A stretch of DNA of 64,000 bases from an uncultured Gammaproteobacteria bacterium (lineage in GTDB: Bacteria; Patescibacteriota; Patescibacteriia; UBA9934). The stretch is taken from NCBI GenBank assembly GCA_964452565.1, contig CAYVLY010000001.1, positions 291,009 to 355,008 of the forward strand. The letters run 5' to 3'. The first letter of the stretch is position 1. Each line of letters starts with the position of its first letter. This document shows positions 57,974 through 64,000 of the stretch, one piece after another. A program made the translations under genes and the position numbers. The notes under the pieces are model-generated. The model searched no databases, had not been told where the DNA came from, and saw only the letters and a list, made by a program, of their open reading frames with translations.

Positions 57974-58037
57974 ACTATAGCACAAAATCGACCTTTTGTC
58001 AAGGCCTAAGGCCGGATTTTAGGCTAATTTTAGTCTA
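57974..58037 (-). promoter_or_regulatory. Sigma-70 promoter plus palindromic operator heading the array
   Basis: TTGACA(57997-58002)-17-TATAGT(57974-57979) with extended TG; quasi-palindrome taggctaattttagtcta 58020-58037. Confidence 0.8.
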
Positions 58038-58088
58038 TTTTAAAAGGCTGCCAAATGACAGCCAATCATCAATTTTTCATCAAAATCA

Positions 58089-58799
58089 CTAGCTCAAAAC
58101 GGTCCCCTTAAACCCCTTATTTTGAACTAATTTCCCTATATTCCCAAAATCTTTACCATTAACAATAGCCACCTGCATCTTATCACGCTGACAAAGCCTT
58201 GAAGCCACTGGATCAAATGGTGCAGATTTGCCTGGATGCCAGTCATCTCCCACCATTTTTCGATAATCGCCCCAAGAAAGCTCATCTAAAGGCTTTGCCT
58301 TTGGATTCTTGCGTGGATCCTCAGTATATACATAATCAATATCTGAAGCATTGATCACGCTTTTAACCCCCAATCTCTTTGCCATTCGGCACGCGACATA
58401 GTCTGTGCTCCACCCAGGCTTCCAGCCAGCTCCGATCAGCACTTTACCCTTCCACCTCTTTGGCAACCTGGTCGGATCCTTGATGACCACTGGGTGTGCC
58501 ACTTCTCGAAAAATAGTTCGAAGCAAGTGTGCATTAAGCCGTGTTCCATGAATACCAAGCCAGTCAAGGTCCTCTGCTTCTATTGATTTTCGAACTCCGC
58601 GTGCTGCATCAATATAGTGCCTAGCAGTCTTCCCTCCTCCTGTCACAATCAACAGCTTTCGACTCTTCTTAACCTGCGAATCTACAAATCTCTTTAACTT
58701 TTTTAAAAACTCAACATCTGGTCCTCCATTAGGAACTATCAGCGATCCACCAACCGAAATTATGATTGGTTTGTTGTTTTGGAGTGTGAGTTTGGGCAT
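58089..58799 (-). CDS. pyrH: UMP kinase (archaeal-type)
   Basis: ISVGGSL, VTGGGKTAR.YI, PGWSTD, VYTEDP, FDPVA; start ATG 58799. Confidence 0.92.
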   Translation of the reverse strand: MPKLTLQNNKPIIISVGGSLIVPNGGPDVEFLKKLKRFVDSQVKKSRKLLIVTGGGKTARHYIDAARGVRKSIEAEDLDWLGIHGTRLNAHLLRTIFREVAHPVVIKDPTRLPKRWKGKVLIGAGWKPGWSTDYVACRMAKRLGVKSVINASDIDYVYTEDPRKNPKAKPLDELSWGDYRKMVGDDWHPGKSAPFDPVASRLCQRDKMQVAIVNGKDFGNIGKLVQNKGFKGTVLS

Positions 58800-58810
58800 A
58801 TTCACTTTCT

Positions 58811-58891
58811 TATCATCCCGGCCATAGAGCCGGGATCCATCGTCATACCAAATTCGATAGTTGATGGACCCCCGATTGGGGTCGGGGTGAC
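58811..58891. repeat. REP-like element, same family as the P1/P11 insertions
   Basis: tcatcccggccatagagccgggatccatcg...cgatagttgatggacccccg...cggggtgaca. Confidence 0.75.
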
Positions 58892-58906
58892 AGAGCAACG
58901 AGCCAA

Positions 58907-59266
58907 TCAGGCTCGCTTTTTTGGTTTAATTGTTTTCAACAGGTAATTCGTGATTACAGATACTGCCCAGAGCACCACTGCTGCAGCCAGGGCCGTCCAG
59001 AATCCTTCGATCTCCACACCTTTCACCATTGTTCCCATCAGCAAAATCATTAAAGCATTTATCACAAACGTGAACAATCCAAGCGTCAGAATATTAACTG
59101 GCAAAGTTAGTATCAAAAGCACTGGTCGTATTATCGCGTTGATCAACCCAAGTATCAAAGCGGCGATCAAGGCATGATAGAACGTATCTACACTAAAACC
59201 TACGAGTAACTCTGTTACAAGTAGTAATGCTAAGGCATTGATAAGCCATCGAAGTAGTAGTTTCAT
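58907..59266 (-). CDS. YvlD / phage holin family 4-TM membrane protein
   Basis: ALILGLINAIIRPVL..LTLP.NILTLGLF.FVINA. Confidence 0.88.
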   Translation of the reverse strand: MKLLLRWLINALALLLVTELLVGFSVDTFYHALIAALILGLINAIIRPVLLILTLPVNILTLGLFTFVINALMILLMGTMVKGVEIEGFWTALAAAVVLWAVSVITNYLLKTIKPKKRA

Positions 59267-59269
59267 AAG

Positions 59270-59731
59270 CTAAGCAAGAAAATAATATGGTTGATAATAT
59301 TGAATAAGCATCCACAACAAAGCACTTTCCACTCCCAGTGCAACAAGAGTTTCAAACCATGCAGTCTTCTCTTCTTTCCAGCCCATAAATCCAAAGCCAA
59401 CCAATGGGAAGATTACTAGGTTCAAAAACAACCAGAACAAAGCTGCCACAATAATCATCGACAGTATCGAATACGGTGAATGCGTGATGATCAACCAATC
59501 CTGTTTTACAAATAAAACATAAATCGCTCCATAGGCAGCGCTGGTAATCAAATGAATCAAAAGCCCTACAACAAAAACCTCCCTTTCGTTTAGCTTATAA
59601 CCACGCCAGATATGAACATCTAAAAGTAATGGCAGGTTTTTAACTCGGTGAGAAGTCTCTAAAATAATCGCTGGAAGCGCGATTAAAAAACCAACTAAAG
59701 TTCCAAGTGTAGCTGCTAGTAGGTAGTCCAT
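59270..59731 (-). CDS. Four-TM hypothetical membrane protein
   Basis: 153 aa hydrophobic ORF in operon. Confidence 0.7.
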   Translation of the reverse strand: MDYLLAATLGTLVGFLIALPAIILETSHRVKNLPLLLDVHIWRGYKLNEREVFVVGLLIHLITSAAYGAIYVLFVKQDWLIITHSPYSILSMIIVAALFWLFLNLVIFPLVGFGFMGWKEEKTAWFETLVALGVESALLWMLIQYYQPYYFLA

Positions 59732-59733
59732 AT

Positions 59734-60594
59734 TTATCTAATTGGCTCAACGAAAATAACTACTTTTGCCCCGTTTGCAGGATTGCCATTATTCCAGTCT
59801 CCCATTGCGTTCATTATAACATCAATTTCATACACATACCCTTGTCCATTGCGAGTTCCGGGATCATTGGTAATCCACATGTCATCTGTATACCCACGCA
59901 AGACCAGCATGTGATAAAGCGGCCCTTGTCCTGTAAAATTCGGATTTCCCAACTCACGTCCTGCTGCGGGAACTACGACTGGATACCCTGCTGCGATCTG
60001 ATCTTTAATCTGATCAACTGTTGGGTATTCAACAACATAGGCATCAAGCCCGTAAAATCCCTCGATAAAATCAACTGTTTCTTGTGCAGTAGTATCTAGA
60101 TAATCTCCCAATGTTTTATTTTGATAATCTATGACCTCTAACAAGGCTATATCTGCGACTTCAGCATCAACCAAGCCAGATGCATAACCTTCAAAGTAAA
60201 GCCAAACCATGTAAGCTGAGGCCTCCTCGCAAGCTTCCTGATATGGCAAATCCCAATTCGCATGTGGAGCCTGAGGAGTAAAAGGCACTGCCAGGTTGAT
60301 CTGATCTGGAGTTAGATCCTCAGATTCGATCGAATCCTCGATCATCTCGACGTTAGGAGGGATCTCGGACGACTCTTGGTCGTCCGGCGTCTCAGCCTCA
60401 GCAGATCCTTCGACTCGTCCTTCGGACTCGCTCAGGATGACGGCTTCTGGAACGCTACTATCCCCTGCCGTAACCTCCTCAAAACTAACCTCCTCAACTT
60501 CAACTACTGGTTGCTTATCAAAATCAAGAACAATAAAAGCGCCAACCACCAAAAAGATGATTATAAAAACTCCGACTAAAAGTCTATTACGCAT
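59734..60594 (-). CDS. Membrane-anchored peptidase C39-like protein
   Basis: VPFTPQAP..W..PYQEACEEAS, YHMLVLRGY, ITNDPGT. Confidence 0.85.
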   Translation of the reverse strand: MRNRLLVGVFIIIFLVVGAFIVLDFDKQPVVEVEEVSFEEVTAGDSSVPEAVILSESEGRVEGSAEAETPDDQESSEIPPNVEMIEDSIESEDLTPDQINLAVPFTPQAPHANWDLPYQEACEEASAYMVWLYFEGYASGLVDAEVADIALLEVIDYQNKTLGDYLDTTAQETVDFIEGFYGLDAYVVEYPTVDQIKDQIAAGYPVVVPAAGRELGNPNFTGQGPLYHMLVLRGYTDDMWITNDPGTRNGQGYVYEIDVIMNAMGDWNNGNPANGAKVVIFVEPIR

Positions 60595-60944
60595 ACGCCA
60601 GTATCTTCAATATATTCATCACAATGATGGTCATGTGGGCACTCTCCATCATGTGTGCAATAACAATACTCAGTGCAGAGCTCCATACATGCGGTGTCAG
60701 GATCTATAGCCTCGTTTTCCCGACAAGCTGATCCGCACGGCTCCCACTCACCACCTGAGTCATCACACATGGCTTCAGTTAGGCTCTCACTTTGATCAAT
60801 GAACTCTTGGAATTCTTGCGGCCCCTCTTGATTCATCTGATCAATCTTTTGAACAATGCCAAGTACAATAGCAACAAACAACACAGCCAAGACTAATGTC
60901 ATTCGCCAAGGCTTGTATTCGATCTCTTTTCGAAGGTATTTCAT
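60576..60944 (-). CDS. Membrane-anchored Cys-rich protein
   Basis: TM then C..SGG.W..CGSAC...C...C...CYC. Confidence 0.7.
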   Translation of the reverse strand: MKYLRKEIEYKPWRMTLVLAVLFVAIVLGIVQKIDQMNQEGPQEFQEFIDQSESLTEAMCDDSGGEWEPCGSACRENEAIDPDTACMELCTEYCYCTHDGECPHDHHCDEYIEDTGVCVIDF

Positions 60945-60945
60945 A

Positions 60946-62328
60946 TTATTGTTCGCGTGCCCACTTGATCATATGCCAAGTTGCAAGCACGTCATCTTCA
61001 TTATAATCCATTATCTTTTGTAATTCTGCTCTATCCTCTGAAGCCTGATAGTCATGGAACCATAAAACAGAATTAAGTCCAGATGCATCAGCAGTACGCC
61101 ACTCAAATCCTAAGTGCTTTGCAATGTCTTTGAGGGAATAAAACGGAAGCGGGAATATAACCGACTCCCGGAAAGCTGGCAGAATATCAAACATCTTATT
61201 TGTTAGCTGCTCACGAACTGAATCAGGTGCCTCAAACTCATCCATCATCCTTCGAAATACATCAGTTTCATACCATCCATAGTGATAGATCGGTGATTCT
61301 GGATATTTTTGAACAAAGCTTATAAAGTCATGCCACATCCCTTCTACTTCTGATTCATCTTTTGCAAAAAAACTATGATATGTCTCTTCGCCATCTGCAA
61401 TTTTTAAAACTCCGATTAGATAATGCAAATCTCGCAACGGGTCACTTTCGATATCAATAACAAGTTCAACGTCTTGAGGTTCTGGAAGTTCGACTGGATG
61501 TAATTTAATCACCCTTTCCTCTTTCATGGCCTTAGCTTGCTGCTGTAAAAAGTGAAGTCGATCTGACGTTAGGCCTGAGACTGATGAGATCTGCTGATCG
61601 CTTGCCATTGCTAGAGTTGATAAAGTCGAAAGTCCAGCCTCTTTTAGTGAGTCTGCCTCGCTTCTCCATAAACGATTCAAAAGTGATAGATTGTCACATC
61701 CACGTGCTTGAGCTTCGCATTCTGAAAAGTATGGTGATTGTTTACAGGCAGATGTAAGAAACACTGGCGGCTCATGGCCTTCAAGAATATTCTCAATCTG
61801 ATCAAGCGTTAGTCGAAAGTCTGCCAAAATATCATCAATCAAATAACCCTCAATCTCACCGTTCGTGTGGAGCACATATCCTTGAACTGGACGAATGCCC
61901 TGGATCCTTTCAAGGATCTCAGCATAAAACGCACCCTGGAATCTATACTCATCTTTCAGATGCGATGATCGCTTAACATCGCATGCCACATAGTACCAGC
62001 CTCCCAATTCTGACTTGCCCTCAACGCGTTCAAGAATATCAGGCCGTCCAACCCAGTGGCCGTGGATTAGCGCGCCGCGATAGATAGTCTGAATCCCCTG
62101 TCCCATGAGCTCAAGTGTGCGCTGAGCTGCCTCATCTACATCATCAAAATCAACTTCTACATAATCACGATCCTTTAGAAGCTCAAGTTCACGTTCGCGC
62201 AAAAGCCCCTCATCCTGAAGTTTACGCATTAAAGGCTCGCGAACATCCTCACCATCACGAAGCTCATGCATTATCCAATGCGGGCATTTGAGATACTTAT
62301 AAAATGTTTGTTCAGTGATCTTATTCAT
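60946..62328 (-). CDS. TM0106-family RecB-like nuclease with RNase H-like C-domain
   Basis: GRPDIL, DVKRS, QGAFY, IDIE, IYHYG.YE, YSLK, YNEDDV. Confidence 0.88.
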   Translation of the reverse strand: MNKITEQTFYKYLKCPHWIMHELRDGEDVREPLMRKLQDEGLLRERELELLKDRDYVEVDFDDVDEAAQRTLELMGQGIQTIYRGALIHGHWVGRPDILERVEGKSELGGWYYVACDVKRSSHLKDEYRFQGAFYAEILERIQGIRPVQGYVLHTNGEIEGYLIDDILADFRLTLDQIENILEGHEPPVFLTSACKQSPYFSECEAQARGCDNLSLLNRLWRSEADSLKEAGLSTLSTLAMASDQQISSVSGLTSDRLHFLQQQAKAMKEERVIKLHPVELPEPQDVELVIDIESDPLRDLHYLIGVLKIADGEETYHSFFAKDESEVEGMWHDFISFVQKYPESPIYHYGWYETDVFRRMMDEFEAPDSVREQLTNKMFDILPAFRESVIFPLPFYSLKDIAKHLGFEWRTADASGLNSVLWFHDYQASEDRAELQKIMDYNEDDVLATWHMIKWAREQ

Positions 62329-62426
62329 ACATGCTGATAGTATAGCAAAATTGATGGAATTAAGGGGGAAGCATGAAGCCCGCGACCAGATGGATCGCGG
62401 ACTGACGGATGAGACGAACGGTTGAG

Positions 62427-63026
62427 CTAGAAGCTCAGGGCGAACACGCCACGCATGGCGTGCAAGTAGTCATCGCCCTCGAAGTCCATGTAGTACTGAA
62501 GTTCGAGGTGGAACGGACCCTGTGTGAAGCCGATGTGCGGGCCGTAGTCGATGTCGGAGTTGACCTGCTCAGCCTGGGCCCCGAAGTTCATGCATGGCTG
62601 TTCGGAGTTGTAGTCAGCGGCATAGTAGCCGTAGACCACTTGACCAGCGTCACCCTCTCCAGCCACGAAATCACCCTCGAGGAACAGGCTCAATGACTCG
62701 TACCCGAGCACCATCCACAGCGAGCCGCCAAAGGCATCTGCCTCCTCGAACCAGTCGAGGAACACTGCAGCCTGGGGGGAGATCCAGAGGCTCACATCAC
62801 CGAGCTGAGCAGTGAACGTCGGCCCCACATAGATGACCGTGGGCGAGAACTGAGCCTTCGGGATGTCGAACAGGTGCAGACTTGCACGCGCCCCAGAACC
62901 GTCTACCGTGGGCAACTCACCACCGATGATGGCAACCGCCTGCGTGCCAGTCCAAGTCCCGGCGCGAGCGGCAGTTGGAAGGCCCAGAATGGACAGGAAG
63001 AGGATCAAAACGATCGGATTCCGCAT
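62427..63026 (-). CDS. Secreted protein with outer-membrane beta-barrel-like signature
   Basis: Start ATG 63026 after AAGGAGGT; signal peptide ARA-G; alternating beta pattern; C-terminal GVFALSF. Confidence 0.6.
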   Translation of the reverse strand: MRNPIVLILFLSILGLPTAARAGTWTGTQAVAIIGGELPTVDGSGARASLHLFDIPKAQFSPTVIYVGPTFTAQLGDVSLWISPQAAVFLDWFEEADAFGGSLWMVLGYESLSLFLEGDFVAGEGDAGQVVYGYYAADYNSEQPCMNFGAQAEQVNSDIDYGPHIGFTQGPFHLELQYYMDFEGDDYLHAMRGVFALSF

Positions 63027-63150
63027 GACAAACACCTCCTTGTTGGGGTCAGTACGGATAAGGAACTTAGCATGGATCAACACCTTGGTCAATCATGCAT
63101 TCACCGAATTCTGACAAAAATCCCCTCATCTCTTTTTGATCTTTTCTATA

Positions 63151-63190
63151 CAAAAAAAGCACCCCCGCAACGAGATGCTGGCGGGGGGCA
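63151..63190 (-). terminator. Intrinsic terminator ending the large ncRNA candidate
   Basis: gccccccgc...gcgggggtgc followed by T7 on the minus strand. Confidence 0.8.
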
Positions 63191-63825
63191 AGATGTTGTG
63201 GCGCCCCCGGCCGATCGGCGCTTGATGGCCGTATGCGGGGGTGCCCTCGTATTTCGCTGCTAGGGATTGGGAAAGCCCATGATTACAGCTAGTACTCAGT
63301 GCCGACGAATCAGCACTGGAGAGTGAGGGGTCCAACGGTCGAACCCAGCGACTCACTCCACGTATTTAATCGGTTTAGAGAACTTATACCATCCCTCCTT
63401 CTTGTCTCGAATCTTGGTATAAGTCGGTCCATTATGACCTATATTACGTTCCCTTCTCCCTCTAACGTTCGATTCGTCGGGAGCGCGCGGCCGCGATGGG
63501 CCAATTCCGCATTTCAGGTGCCTTTCGATATCTACTCGGCTGTCTGCAGGTTGGGATCTCCGGATTGGCATCCGAAGTCCTGCATCCTTATTTCCACCGC
63601 GGACCCGGTGGAACCTGTGTCATCTTTCACTCATTACAGCCCTATGTTTTTGGGACCAACCTTTTGGGGTTGATTAACGATGACTCTCAACTGCGTGCTA
63701 GTAGCTACGCAGCCTGGGCCGGGCCTGGGTGACGCCGCGCGGGCTACCACTCTTGGGGTCACACTCAGTAACCGCCTGGTAACCGGCCGCGTCGACGTTG
63801 AACGCCTCGGCACTTCAGGACTGAA
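63151..63825 (-). ncRNA. Candidate large (~670 nt) structured non-coding RNA
   Basis: Bounded by consensus promoter and terminator, no SD-led ORF, many helices. Confidence 0.65.
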
Positions 63826-63889
63826 ACTATAACACAAAATCGAACTCTTGTCAAGTGCTTGCTTGACTTTTTAAACTAAAATTAGCCTA
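63826..63889 (-). promoter_or_regulatory. Sigma-70 promoter plus palindromic operator, twin of 57974-58037
   Basis: TTGACA(63849-63854)-17-TATAGT(63826-63831); taaactaaaattagccta 63872-63889. Confidence 0.8.
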
Positions 63890-64000
63890 TTTTTAGCCTT
63901 AACTACCAACGTGTAACGTTGGTAGTTTTACAAAAAATCAGCCGCCTCTCAGCGTCTGATTTTCGTTTTATCTTGTTTTTAAAGGCTATTCTGTGCTCTC

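Noticed and set aside
63076-63092. tcaacaccttggtca resembling a right half of the array palindrome
   Set aside because: No matching left arm; too short to support
63226-63256. Group II intron domain V-like GGCCGTATGCG
   Set aside because: 3' side does not pair as domain V and it lies on the strand opposite the promoter

Overview
Chromosomal segment of a reduced bacterium, most likely Patescibacteria/CPR (ABY1/Uhrbacteria-like). This assignment is inferred from gene content, archaeal-type PyrH and near-leaderless core genes. Core content: class II ribonucleotide reductase with NrdR boxes, mltG, gpmI, mraZ-rsmH-ftsL, tRNA-Gln, rplJ-rplL with L10 leader, pyrH, two ECF sigma factors, a RAYT-like HUH transposase and several REP-like palindrome families. 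Main unexplained features: (1) a ~7.5 kb GC-rich array (50262-57812) of 12-13 co-oriented, mostly small membrane/lipoprotein ORFs, separated by a ~40-bp imperfect palindrome (17-bp arms, 6-7 bp variable centre, compensatory changes) with reassorted flanking modules and no integrase in the window; (2) a ~670-nt highly structured transcription unit with no credible ORF (63151-63825) whose promoter and upstream palindromic operator nearly duplicate those heading the array; (3) a cobalamin riboswitch upstream of a secreted beta-propeller protein; (4) a 147-bp exact direct repeat within a tandem family of receiver-like paralogs. All calls are by eye from sequence and the ORF track; no database searches or folding programs were run.
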